Source: a plasmid
Length of the DNA stretch: 64,000 nucleotides
Strand: one strand, 5' to 3'
Sequence record: NZ_CP084013.1
The position numbers were made by a program, and so were the translations under genes. Positions within the stretch are counted from its first letter, which is position 1. Each line of letters starts with the position of its first letter. Below the pieces are notes generated by a model. That model worked only from the letters and a program-made list of their open reading frames with translations. It was not told the DNA's origin and did no database searches. Positions 37,331-46,576 of this stretch are shown piece after piece.

Positions 37331-38191
37331 TTAATCCCATTTCGGTTTGATGGTGGCGACGTGGCGGGCGACGAGGCCGGTCGGGTCGATGATGGTCACG
37401 TCCAGGGCGGTCCGGTTGTCTTTCAGGTATTTCCCGTAACGGACGGCGAACCGTTCGAGTATCTTCGGATGGTCCGCGAACATGGTCAGATCCACGAAGA
37501 ACCGTCCGTGCGGCAGCCGGCCGAGCGTACGCGCGGTGATCGCCCACAGTTCGCGTCCCGACCGTTCCAATGCGCCGGTCCCGTTGGCGACGACGGGGCG
37601 CAACGGGAGGAACCCCGGATGCCGGTCCGCCCGGTCGAGCAGGCCGAGCCGGTCGGGGAACCGCATGCCGGTCAGGTTCACGCCATAATCGACGGGCCTG
37701 TCGAGCCGGCTATGGTAGGCGAACAGGAATTGGGTGCCGAGCAGGCGGATGCCGGTCGCATCCAGGAGAACATCGCCTGTCAGGGCGTTCAGCGTGTTCG
37801 CGAGACGTTTCGCCGTGTTCTCGCCCGGCGTCGGCTCCGACGGGATGATGAGGACCCCATCCGGGGTCTCCGCGATGAAGCAGGCGCATCCTTTGGCCAT
37901 CTCCATGGGTTTCATGCCGTCGGCGATCGGGTTCGGCTCCCACTTGTCGCCATCCGTGAGATGACGTGCGCAGGATTCCAGATCCGAGAGGAGCGCGTCC
38001 GCGTTCATGTACGTGTCGTACAGGCGTCGCCAATGAGCGCGAACCTGTTCCATGATCTTCGGATCGTCGCAGGACAGATGGCCTATCCCGTTCTCCGCGT
38101 CGTTGATGGCGGCGGCGAGCCCGCGGCGGGCGACCGCCAGCATCATCCTCGCCTCGGTGTTCTGTTCGAGCGTGAAATCATGACCGTTCAT
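37331..38191 (-). CDS. Hypothetical protein
   Basis: 286-aa ORF in the same operon. Confidence 0.45.
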   Translation of the reverse strand: MNGHDFTLEQNTEARMMLAVARRGLAAAINDAENGIGHLSCDDPKIMEQVRAHWRRLYDTYMNADALLSDLESCARHLTDGDKWEPNPIADGMKPMEMAKGCACFIAETPDGVLIIPSEPTPGENTAKRLANTLNALTGDVLLDATGIRLLGTQFLFAYHSRLDRPVDYGVNLTGMRFPDRLGLLDRADRHPGFLPLRPVVANGTGALERSGRELWAITARTLGRLPHGRFFVDLTMFADHPKILERFAVRYGKYLKDNRTALDVTIIDPTGLVARHVATIKPKWD

Positions 38192-38489
38192 TCGGGATCT
38201 CCTCCTTGATGCATTCGGGGCATTGCCCGTCCTTCCAGCCGGCCGGATCGATCATGATGTTCGTGCAGGTCGAGCATTCGGGCAGCCGGTGCGCCGGGCA
38301 GTAGTGCATGTCGCGTTCCAATTCGGGATGCTCGTCCTTGTACAGGATCTGCCAGCCGTCATCCTTCGCGTCGAACAGCAGATCGTCCTCGTACGCATAC
38401 CAGTCGTTGATCCGTTGTTCGCAGTTGTGGTCGTCGCATTCGAGCCTGAACCAAGCGCGGCTGTCAAACGTTTCTTTGATTCTTGCCAT
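38178..38489 (-). CDS. Small Cys-rich (zinc-finger) protein
   Basis: Internal ATG with a GGAGG RBS. CDDHNC...CPAH..CSTC..CPEC. Confidence 0.45.
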   Translation of the reverse strand: MARIKETFDSRAWFRLECDDHNCEQRINDWYAYEDDLLFDAKDDGWQILYKDEHPELERDMHYCPAHRLPECSTCTNIMIDPAGWKDGQCPECIKEEIPNERS

Positions 38490-40251
38490 CAAGCCTCCGT
38501 TCCTTTGCGTGCGTCCGACGGTATGCGTCGCTCGGCGAGACGTCGGGAGTCGCCGGGCCTTCGACGGCCAGCAAGTCGCCGACATATTCCATATCCACGT
38601 CGCGTTCGTTGAACGCCTTGCGCGTGTACACAAGACGGTTCATGTTGGCGTGGGACAGTACCCAACGCGCTTTCTCCGCGCGTTCGGAATGGTCGTTGTC
38701 GGCAATCGGCCTATCATGCAGGACGGTACGCTTCAACATGGTTCTCAAGCTTTTGACCTCAAGATAATAGTCGGATTTCAGCTTGAACATGTACCCGTCG
38801 GCGTCATACACCACAACGCCCTCACGTGTGGAATCATGACGCTCCTCGTCCAACATGCTCCACAGTGCCTCCCGCTCCTCGTCGGATTGGAAGACGCCCA
38901 ACACCTCCGGCCGGGCGAAGAACCCGTCCATGTCAATCAGCTTGTCGGCGTCATGGTCGATATGGAAGTCCACCGTGTTCCCGATGGCGTGCAGGAACAC
39001 GAGCTGAGACGTATCATACTTGACGATGTGACGGTCGGACTCTTGGTCGATGACCTCGAACGCCAACGTCACGTCGGCATCATGGACGATGTTCCACAAC
39101 GCCTGTTCCTGACCGCCGTCCAACGTCTCCTTGAAGAGCCGTTGTATGAGATACGAGTAGTCGGTCTGTCCGCTCTTCGACCAGAAACGCCACGAACCGT
39201 CTCCGCGTGCGGACACCAAGCCGAGGAACCCGTTCTCCTTGCGTTCCACGCGCACCGGGAACTTGAGACGCTTGTCGATGTTCTCGCGGGTGGTCTGCTC
39301 GTTCTCCCCGAGGTTGAAGAACTTCTCGAATCCTCGTGCCACGACCCTGCCGTTCCCGTCGAGGAACAGGCCGCGCGCCTTGCTGGAATACTCGTCCCAA
39401 CGCTGGTTCTTGAACGCGTCACGACTGAAGTTGCAGGCGTACACGTCGGTCTCGCCTTTGACCGGACGGACGTGTACGTTGTCGGAGTCGCGCATGATGT
39501 CAAGCAGGTTGCTCCCGTCGGCGGAGAAGTCGGCGAACCCGTCTTCGGTCGTATGCGCACCCTGTTCCAGCCACTTCGAGTAACGGTCCAGTGTCCACTT
39601 CACGCCATCCTTGAGCGACGGCATGTCCAAACGGACGGTACCGGTCGCATCACGCCCATTGCTTGAGGCCGCAGTGTAACCCATTTCGGCGTCGTCCACG
39701 GTGCGGGCATTGCCGTCCCACAGCAGTCCCACGTCAACCATCACCGTCTCCCCCATTGGGTTCATACGGTACACGCCGTCCGTCTTCATGACGCGAACGT
39801 TGACCCAACGGCTGTCACGTTCAAGGCACCCATGCCAAGTCTCATACTGGGTGCGCAGATACTTCTCCGGCACACGGTCGCTCTCGACGCGGATCCTGTT
39901 GCGTTCCAGCAGTTCGTCCAACGGCGTGTTGAATGTGAAAGTCTCAACATGCGCCTTGTGACGGACGGCAATCTGCACCTCGTCCACGCAGAAACGCGGG
40001 TTGACATGCTGGGAGTCGCTGATGACATTCACGCCTTTGGCGAGCAGGTCGCTGATGATGGTATGCGCCTGACGGACGAGAATCCTGTTCAACTGTGGAT
40101 TCATGGTTTCATGCCATGCCTGACGGCCTCCCGCCATCATTTCACGCAAACCGTCCAAGCTGACGATTACCGTATTCGAATCGACATGCTTCCGCGCCCA
40201 AGTGCTCTTTCCCGAGCCGGGCAGTCCTCTAAGAATGGTCAAAGTGGTCAA
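38464..40251 (-). CDS. Bifunctional polynucleotide kinase (P-loop) and RNA ligase fusion (T4 Pnk/Rnl-like RNA repair enzyme)
   Basis: N-terminal ILRGLPGSGKST. C-terminal nucleotidyltransferase motif I VERKENGFLG (KxNG). Later VVVYDADGYMFKLK. TTG start. Confidence 0.65.
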   Translation of the reverse strand: MTTLTILRGLPGSGKSTWARKHVDSNTVIVSLDGLREMMAGGRQAWHETMNPQLNRILVRQAHTIISDLLAKGVNVISDSQHVNPRFCVDEVQIAVRHKAHVETFTFNTPLDELLERNRIRVESDRVPEKYLRTQYETWHGCLERDSRWVNVRVMKTDGVYRMNPMGETVMVDVGLLWDGNARTVDDAEMGYTAASSNGRDATGTVRLDMPSLKDGVKWTLDRYSKWLEQGAHTTEDGFADFSADGSNLLDIMRDSDNVHVRPVKGETDVYACNFSRDAFKNQRWDEYSSKARGLFLDGNGRVVARGFEKFFNLGENEQTTRENIDKRLKFPVRVERKENGFLGLVSARGDGSWRFWSKSGQTDYSYLIQRLFKETLDGGQEQALWNIVHDADVTLAFEVIDQESDRHIVKYDTSQLVFLHAIGNTVDFHIDHDADKLIDMDGFFARPEVLGVFQSDEEREALWSMLDEERHDSTREGVVVYDADGYMFKLKSDYYLEVKSLRTMLKRTVLHDRPIADNDHSERAEKARWVLSHANMNRLVYTRKAFNERDVDMEYVGDLLAVEGPATPDVSPSDAYRRTHAKERRLDGKNQRNV

Positions 40252-40271
40252 TTTCGAAGCCTTTCTTTACT

Positions 40272-40970
40272 TCAGTTCTCCTGAAACATGCGAACAAGTT
40301 CCACTTCGGACACGGGGCGCATGTTCCACGCGTCCAATCCCACGTTGATTTCGTTACGGTTCTTGAACTCATGGGGAGTGTTCGCATGGGTGTGACCGTG
40401 CAGCAATCGCATGCTCTCCCCCACTTGAGGAATCGCATACCGTCGAAGCTCCGACTTCGCCCAATTGGAAGCCACGTCATCCGCTGCCGGTAGGTCGAAG
40501 TCCTCACGCCATTGGAAATGGCAGAGGAACACGGTCATAATGGTTTCGCCGTCCGTGATGTCCGTCATGCCGATACGCCCGATTTCACCGAACGCCTCGG
40601 TCAAATCCTTGAAGCCCTTGCTCTTCCCGTACAGCACGTCGTCATGGTTTCCGAGAATCAGATGACGGTTATTGCGAGGACAGCGCAAGCTTTTGACATG
40701 CATAAGCGCCTGTTGAAGACTCCAAGCGCCTCCGCTGCATAGGTCCCCAAGAATGTAGAGTTCATCATTCGGACCTACGATTTCGTTGATATGGTCGGTC
40801 ACGTCCATGTCATGCCGGTACCAGTTGACGCAATCCTTGACCTGCATGTGGGCTTCGTTAGCCTGTTGCTTGATGGTATTGTCCGACGTGAATCCGGTTT
40901 TCGCATATCCCCGCAATGCGGCCACGAACGGGTGGGCGAAGTGGGTGTCGGAGGTGAAGTATTTAGTCAT
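40272..40970 (-). CDS. Metallophosphoesterase (candidate 3'-phosphatase / 2',3'-cyclic phosphodiesterase partner of the kinase-ligase)
   Basis: YFTSDTHFAH, GDLCSGG, GNHDD and GHTHAN. Confidence 0.65.
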   Translation of the reverse strand: MTKYFTSDTHFAHPFVAALRGYAKTGFTSDNTIKQQANEAHMQVKDCVNWYRHDMDVTDHINEIVGPNDELYILGDLCSGGAWSLQQALMHVKSLRCPRNNRHLILGNHDDVLYGKSKGFKDLTEAFGEIGRIGMTDITDGETIMTVFLCHFQWREDFDLPAADDVASNWAKSELRRYAIPQVGESMRLLHGHTHANTPHEFKNRNEINVGLDAWNMRPVSEVELVRMFQEN

Positions 40971-40994
40971 TGTCTTTTTCCTTTGAAAAGAAAG

Positions 40995-41405
40995 CTAGGG
41001 GAATAGGGGCTGTTCCCATCCCTTGGAATTCCGGACTACTTGATGGGGATGGGAACGGCCACCGCTTTCTTCAGGCCGTCCCGGTCTATCTGCCGCAGAT
41101 CCGTTTTCCTCGTCATCATCGTCAATCCTTTCTAAGCCTTTTCCTTCTCCTCGTTCGTGATCGATCATGTACGCCATGTCGTCGGTCAGCGGCAGCCCGT
41201 ATCCCACATGACTAGGCCGTATATCCACGAAGGTGATGTGCGGCGGCAGACTACCATCCGCGCGTTGCACAAGCATGGAAGCGGCGCCGCCCAACGAAAC
41301 AAGCAAGGCTCCCTCGTCGGTGATGACAGCCGGACCCGCGAGTTCGGCTCCGCTGTCATACCGGACCCGCAGCATCAGGTCTCCGTTTTTCTTCGGATTG
41401 GTCAA
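40995..41405 (-). CDS. Hypothetical protein, paralog of 35682..36149
   Basis: TTG start 5 nt after RBS aaagaggagga, directly downstream of the left arm of the repeat pair. Confidence 0.45.
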   Translation of the reverse strand: MTNPKKNGDLMLRVRYDSGAELAGPAVITDEGALLVSLGGAASMLVQRADGSLPPHITFVDIRPSHVGYGLPLTDDMAYMIDHERGEGKGLERIDDDDEENGSAADRPGRPEESGGRSHPHQVVRNSKGWEQPLFP

Positions 41406-41418
41406 CGCTCCTCCTCTT

Positions 41419-41444
41419 TTTATGTGGACTTCTTCAGTATAACA
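41419..41444 (-). promoter_or_regulatory. Repeated promoter cassette, copy d-left (left arm of the divergent inverted pair)
   Basis: The reverse complement reads ttgTTATACTGAAgaaGTCCACATAA. Confidence 0.55.
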
Positions 41445-41461
41445 ACCATATTGTATTTTAC

Positions 41462-41487
41462 ATGTTATACTGAATATGTCCACATAA
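41462..41487 (+). promoter_or_regulatory. Repeated promoter cassette, copy d-right (right arm of the divergent inverted pair)
   Basis: atgTTATACTGAATATGTCCACATAA. It is separated from the left arm by 17 bp. Confidence 0.6.
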
Positions 41488-41515
41488 AAAGATTGAAAGA
41501 GAAAACCAAAGGAAA

Positions 41516-42001
41516 ATGCAACCCATACAAGACGTCACAGACGCACGAAAGACCTACACCCTATACGAGTGTGAAAAATGCGGAAGCCTGCGACTCGAAA
41601 GATCCGGCAAGCCCATCACCAAGTGCGCCTACTGCGACAACCTCTCCCTAAAACAGAGATTCCTCTCCGCACTGATCTCCATCGTCCACGAAGCCACATA
41701 TAAAATCCCAAACCCAAACAACACCGGAATCGTCCAAAACAAGGCAGACACAAAACTGCCCGGGAGTGTCGTCCAAGTCTTCGTGGATAACCCGGAAACC
41801 TACTGCACAACGAAAATTCAGCTCGGAACCACATCCATCGACTACTCCTATGATTGCACATCAGGGGACATTCGTATCGTTGCGAAAAATTGGGATCCAT
41901 TCGACTTGGAAAATGCCGACCTCGGTACGGGATGGCATATCCGACTGCTGGTGCAGACATGGCGCAACGAAATTGCCAAGCGAATGGAACTGACGGCGTG
42001 A
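41516..42001 (+). CDS. Hypothetical protein with an N-terminal zinc ribbon
   Basis: YECEKCGS.....CAYCDN. The RBS gaaaaccaaaggaaa precedes the ATG. Confidence 0.5.
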   Translation: MQPIQDVTDARKTYTLYECEKCGSLRLERSGKPITKCAYCDNLSLKQRFLSALISIVHEATYKIPNPNNTGIVQNKADTKLPGSVVQVFVDNPETYCTTKIQLGTTSIDYSYDCTSGDIRIVAKNWDPFDLENADLGTGWHIRLLVQTWRNEIAKRMELTA

Positions 42002-42783
42002 ACAACATCGACAGCATCGAAAACGCACTGGAGCAATTCCCCCAGCAACGCATCATTTCCGCATGGATAGAAGGAGACTACGCGCATGGTTTAGCGGCGA
42101 AGGACAACAAGCCCTCGCTTTGCGTCATCACGATGCCGCAGCCTTGGGAGATACTGCTCGGCGAAGCTCGAACGACTCAGAACATGCGTGATCTCGATAT
42201 CAGAATCCTCACACCTCTTTCTTATATCGACGGACTGCTCGACGGCCATCGTAGCCTGTTGGAATCGTTGACATTGCCAACCGAATGCTTTCTGCTGGAC
42301 GCCGGCTTCATTCGCGCCATCGAGCCTTTCGCCCATCGGTTGACCACCAGCAATGTCGTCAAGACGGCTTTGGATGACGCTCGCGGGAACCTGTCCGTTT
42401 TGCGGCACTGGCCGGGCATGAAGAGCGCGAAACGCAATAAATCCATGGCCGAGACCGCACGATTGCTGAACGGAGTACGTCATATCCAGTCAGGAACGGA
42501 AGCCTGGCCGTGTCTGCTGGATGCGGATGAAATCACGCTGCTCCGTCGCATCCGATTGCAGGGAATGAATCTTGCCGATCTGGAAAGAGACTATGGCCTT
42601 CTTGCAGATACCCGCAAAACGCCCCCTCTCCCCCCGTTGGAGCCTTATGTCCGCAGACAGATCGAAGACGTAGTTCTCGGATTGAATCGTCGAATCGTCA
42701 ACCGCGAGGCGGAATCATTTTCCGTCAAGAATCTGATACATGCCCTGCATGGTTTCGGAGACGGGATTACGGCTGATGCCTAA
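41998..42783 (+). CDS. Hypothetical protein
   Basis: GTG start overlapping the upstream stop (GTGA). Confidence 0.4.
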   Translation: MNNIDSIENALEQFPQQRIISAWIEGDYAHGLAAKDNKPSLCVITMPQPWEILLGEARTTQNMRDLDIRILTPLSYIDGLLDGHRSLLESLTLPTECFLLDAGFIRAIEPFAHRLTTSNVVKTALDDARGNLSVLRHWPGMKSAKRNKSMAETARLLNGVRHIQSGTEAWPCLLDADEITLLRRIRLQGMNLADLERDYGLLADTRKTPPLPPLEPYVRRQIEDVVLGLNRRIVNREAESFSVKNLIHALHGFGDGITADA

Positions 42784-42942
42784 CCGAAAAGACTGGCAGC
42801 CCGAGGACACGCAAGTGGAGACCGCGGCTATGGCGCTACGTGCCCAGCAAATGCGCCTGTGGAATCTCGTCGAGGACAGTGCGACTGTCGACCGCTGCTG
42901 GCAGCAGAAACGGATTAAGGAATCGTTGAAAGGTCAGGACAA

Positions 42943-43143
42943 TTGATTGTCGAGCTGAATGATGATGTGTTGACCAAGCCCGCTGGATGCTTTCTTTGCG
43001 GAAGCACGATGGGTTTGGTGCCGAGCATGTATGGTCCGGTTTGCATGGAATGCGTGTTGTCCGACAAACAGGTTGGCCCGAATCGCGCGAGTCTGCTTTT
43101 CACGTTGTTTGGCGACGGTCGCGGTCGGAAGGTTCCTGCCTGA
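42943..43143 (+). CDS. Small Cys-containing hypothetical protein
   Basis: CFLCGS....CMEC. A weak ORF. Confidence 0.3.
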   Translation: MIVELNDDVLTKPAGCFLCGSTMGLVPSMYGPVCMECVLSDKQVGPNRASLLFTLFGDGRGRKVPA

Positions 43144-43154
43144 CATCGATTTGT

Positions 43155-43180
43155 CTGCTATACTGAATATGTCCACATAA
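43155..43180 (+). promoter_or_regulatory. Repeated promoter cassette, copy e
   Basis: cTGcTATACTGAATATGTCCACATAA. It lies 24 bp upstream of the exonuclease ATG. Confidence 0.6.
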
Positions 43181-43204
43181 TCTTAGAGAACACAGGAACA
43201 CCCA

Positions 43205-43795
43205 ATGAGCTACTGGGACAAATACCGAAGCGACGATCCACGACGCATCCCGCCGCTGGAGGCGCCATTGCTCGACTACATCGTGCTCGACACCGAAACC
43301 ACCGGCCTCAACCCGGAAGATGGCGCGAAACTCATCGAAATCGGCGCCGTGAAAGTCAAGAACGGACGAATCGTCGACACCTACAGCCAACTCATCAACC
43401 CGCAAATGATCGTCCCGCCACACATCACGCAATTGACGGGAATCACCACTTACGACGTGAGCGGCAAACCGACTGTCAAGCATGCGATGAAAGAGTTCGA
43501 ACGGTGGCTGGGATTCGAAACGCCCTTCCTCGCACACAACGCGACGTTCGATTTGAAATTCCTCGACTGGGCCACGGCGGAAACCTGGCCGAATCGCCCC
43601 CTGTTCGACCACCCATTCCTGGATACCTTGGAAATGAGCCGTGACATCCATCCGGAAATTCGCCATCACAAGGTCGCGGATCTGATCAAACGCTATCACG
43701 TGGCAGACGTGGAACAGCATCGAGCTCTTTCCGACGCAATGCAAGAGCAAGCCTTGTACCAGATTATGTGCAAGGAGTATTTCCTCGGAGCCTGA
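43205..43795 (+). CDS. DEDDh 3'-5' exonuclease (DnaQ / Pol III epsilon-like)
   Basis: VLDTETTGL (Exo I), FLAHNATFDLKFL (Exo II) and HRALSDA (Exo III). Confidence 0.75.
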   Translation: MSYWDKYRSDDPRRIPPLEAPLLDYIVLDTETTGLNPEDGAKLIEIGAVKVKNGRIVDTYSQLINPQMIVPPHITQLTGITTYDVSGKPTVKHAMKEFERWLGFETPFLAHNATFDLKFLDWATAETWPNRPLFDHPFLDTLEMSRDIHPEIRHHKVADLIKRYHVADVEQHRALSDAMQEQALYQIMCKEYFLGA

Positions 43796-43867
43796 TTTGC
43801 AGTTGTTGTGTTTGCGGTCGAATGCGGCTATAATTTATTTTACATATTATGATTGGAGGTGTTTGGT

Positions 43868-44491
43868 ATGCGCACGTATCTTCGGAGGGCCGAGGCGGCG
43901 AACCGTCTGCACATATCGACCACCGCGTTCAAAACGCTCGTAGCCGAGGGGAAAATCAAATACGAGCTGTCGCCCGGCGGGCAGAAGGTGTATGACCCGA
44001 AGGAAATCGACCGTTTCGCCGCCCGCGTTCAGGGTAGGGAGCCGGCGGAAGGCGTTCTCGTGTTCTACGTGCGGGACAGCGAGGGCAACACGACGCGAAT
44101 GAGAAATCAGGAGGAGCGGCTAGAGAAGGCGTATGGCGCTCCGTCAAAAGTGTACCGCGACCGCGCCTCCGGATTGAATGAGAACCGCAAGGGACTGGCA
44201 CGACTGCTCGACGACGCGGAGGAGGGACGTTTCGACCGGGTGGCCGTCACCGCCAAAGACAGGTTGAGCAGGTTCGGCGCATCTTATCTACAACGGCATC
44301 TCGCGTTCCTCGGCATCGACCTGATTGTGTTGGACGGGGAACGGGAGAAGGGGATGATGGACGAACTCATGGACGACTTCATGGCTTTGCTCGCCTCGTT
44401 CTCCGGACGGTTCTACAAGCTGCGCAGCATCGAACATGAGAAACTGCTGCTCGACCGGGCGCGCGAAAGACTGGAGGAGCGTGGAGCATGA
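43868..44491 (+). CDS. tnpA: IS607-like TnpA (serine recombinase family, divergent catalytic region)
   Basis: VLVFYVRDSEGN. RASGLNENRKGLARLL matches GSGxxxxRxxLxxLL of the other two TnpA. GGAGGT RBS. Confidence 0.55.
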   Translation: MRTYLRRAEAANRLHISTTAFKTLVAEGKIKYELSPGGQKVYDPKEIDRFAARVQGREPAEGVLVFYVRDSEGNTTRMRNQEERLEKAYGAPSKVYRDRASGLNENRKGLARLLDDAEEGRFDRVAVTAKDRLSRFGASYLQRHLAFLGIDLIVLDGEREKGMMDELMDDFMALLASFSGRFYKLRSIEHEKLLLDRARERLEERGA

Positions 44492-46146
44492 AAACCGGTG
44501 AAATCGCCTGCGCTGTTCCAGACCTGCACGACTACCGTCTATACGACCACAGGACAGGCGAACCGTTGGACCCGGTGGAGGCCGAAACGCTGCTCTGGCT
44601 GCACTTGGACCATTGCCGGCAATGCCAGAACCGGATGATTCACGACCCGAGGAACCGGAATCTCAAACGGGGCGGAAATGCTGGGAGAGGCAACGAATGG
44701 GCGAGGAAGAACGTCGCCTGCACAAGCCTGCCCTCCAAGTTCAGAAACCTCTCCCATCAGAACCGCGTCAATCAGACCGAGGCCGCCCGACTGCTCCTCG
44801 CATGGCGGGAACGCGAGGACATCGCCACCGCAATCGACGCCATCGGCTGGGAGAAGGCCACCTACGGGAACGTGCAGAAACGTTTGAGCCGGGACATCGA
44901 CCGTGAACTGTTCACGAACGTGCTCAACAGCGGCGGTCATCCAAGCCTGCCCACCGTGGAGCGCACGCAGTTCCCCTACGCGTACTCGAACAACAACTCC
45001 TGCGGCATGTACGTCATCGACCAGCCCGCCGGGGTCATCCGATACGAGCGGATGGCCGTCTACGACAGGTTCGTGGACGTTGAGATATACGCGCCGCACA
45101 TCATGCGCCTGCATCCGAACCTGACGAAGGTGTCCCGGCCCACGCTACGGTGGAACGGGGACTGCGTGACATGGGATGTCATCGTCTTCGAACCAAAACC
45201 CCGCAAAGAGGATGTGAACAAGGTGAGCCACGTCGTCGGCTTCGACCTGAACGCCGACTGGCATGGTGGCATCAGCGGGGCGCGACTCTCCTACAACGGG
45301 ACGGTGAGCCGAGAACTCGTAGCCGGCATCGACACACGCCGCCAGCAAACCGTGTTGGAGGAGCTGTATGTCCAATACCAGCGGTGTTTGAAGAAGCTCG
45401 ACCGGCTCATGCCATGGCAGCGGCCACACGACCCGGACGACCCGCAGCAAGTGGCAGCCCACCCCGAATGGCGGCGACTCTACGAACAGTCGCTCAACCT
45501 CCGGGATAAGATGTACCGCATCAAAACCCTGTTGGACTGGCGGTACGCGCACGACATCACCGACCATGCCAAACCCGGCGAACTCATCGCCGTGGAGAAA
45601 CTTTCCCCGTTCGATGCGGCAGGACGCGTCGAGTTCCGGCACGGCAGCCAACTGGAAAAACTGGAACACGTCGCCTCCAAGACCGGACAGCGCGTGGTGC
45701 AGGTCAACCCGGCGCACACGTCCGCCACCTGCCCGTGGTGCGATACCGTCAACAAGGTCGGCAAAGCCAGACAATACCGGTGCGCAGGATGCAGACGTGA
45801 CATCCCCCGCGACTACGGGTCTGGCGTCAACATCGCCAAACGCGGCGCACGCTATCTCGGACACAAAAACGTCCGACCTACCCCGCCGAAGGGACACGCC
45901 ACACCCAAACGTCCACCGGTCAGACACAAACGACCGGACGAAAAAACACGAGAACTTCTCACACAGATAACGTCAGGAACCGGCAAGGGGCCGGAATCCT
46001 TATGGGCCAAGACCACTCCACTGGAATGGCACATCCCATCGACGGCGACTATCGAGAATACAAGGAACCGACTAGCCCTCGCAAACCAGCGAGACCGGGC
46101 AGCAACGGGGTTACGGCAGAAACCGCAACCACCCCATTCTCGATAA
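44488..46146 (+). CDS. tnpB: TnpB-like RuvC nuclease (552 aa)
   Basis: VVGFDLNAD. LIAVEKLS. CPWCD...CAGC. RDYGSGVNIA. Confidence 0.7.
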   Translation: MKTGEIACAVPDLHDYRLYDHRTGEPLDPVEAETLLWLHLDHCRQCQNRMIHDPRNRNLKRGGNAGRGNEWARKNVACTSLPSKFRNLSHQNRVNQTEAARLLLAWREREDIATAIDAIGWEKATYGNVQKRLSRDIDRELFTNVLNSGGHPSLPTVERTQFPYAYSNNNSCGMYVIDQPAGVIRYERMAVYDRFVDVEIYAPHIMRLHPNLTKVSRPTLRWNGDCVTWDVIVFEPKPRKEDVNKVSHVVGFDLNADWHGGISGARLSYNGTVSRELVAGIDTRRQQTVLEELYVQYQRCLKKLDRLMPWQRPHDPDDPQQVAAHPEWRRLYEQSLNLRDKMYRIKTLLDWRYAHDITDHAKPGELIAVEKLSPFDAAGRVEFRHGSQLEKLEHVASKTGQRVVQVNPAHTSATCPWCDTVNKVGKARQYRCAGCRRDIPRDYGSGVNIAKRGARYLGHKNVRPTPPKGHATPKRPPVRHKRPDEKTRELLTQITSGTGKGPESLWAKTTPLEWHIPSTATIENTRNRLALANQRDRAATGLRQKPQPPHSR

Positions 46147-46191
46147 CCCTAATCCCGGGCATACTGGATTCTATTCTTTCCTGATATTTTG

Positions 46192-46218
46192 CTTGTTAAA
46201 CTGAATATGTCCACATAA
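46192..46218 (+). promoter_or_regulatory. Repeated promoter cassette, copy f
   Basis: cTTGTTAAACTGAATATGTCCACATAA. It lies immediately after the tnpB stop. Confidence 0.55.
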
Positions 46219-46246
46219 CACCAGAGCAGAAAGGCATGACCTTGAA

Positions 46247-46576
46247 GTGTGCGAAAAACTAACAGTACACGTGCGACTCATTCCCTACGGTAACCTGCGA
46301 GATGCGGCAAAGCTCCACCATTACGAGCTGCGTCGCAGAAACATGGTCAGGGATGCCGGCAAGGAGCCAAATCCATTCGTCTTGGAACGCTGGATGGTCA
46401 ATTATGCCCGGCATGCGTTGACCGATTACGACCAGCAGTGCCATGACTTGGATCAAGATAGGTATGTCGAGCTTCGGACGGCGACATTGGACGCCATAGC
46501 CGACACGTATCCGCCATTGAGACATGAATGCGAACGTCAGAAAAGAATCCAGAATCCAGAAAAGGAGCCCGAGTGA
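46247..46576 (+). CDS. Hypothetical protein. The start is uncertain.
   Basis: ORF downstream of copy f. GTG start at 46247, or a later ATG. Confidence 0.35.
   Translation: MCEKLTVHVRLIPYGNLRDAAKLHHYELRRRNMVRDAGKEPNPFVLERWMVNYARHALTDYDQQCHDLDQDRYVELRTATLDAIADTYPPLRHECERQKRIQNPEKEPE

Larger units (their letters stand above)
43850..46160 (+). mobile_element. IS607-like element, highly diverged third copy (serine-recombinase-like tnpA plus large tnpB)
   Basis: MerR-like HTH plus resolvase-like core, coupled to a TnpB. Boundaries are approximate. Confidence 0.5.

Noticed and set aside
37074-37547. 157-aa minus-strand ORF between the small membrane gene and the 286-aa gene
   Set aside because: It overlaps two better-supported ORFs and is Arg/Pro-rich.
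41015-41058. 11-bp-stem inverted repeat gttcccatccc...gggatgggaac upstream of the phosphoesterase gene
   Set aside because: It lies inside the 3' coding end of gene 40995..41405. Its function is unclear and it could be a coincidental palindrome. I did not list it as a feature.
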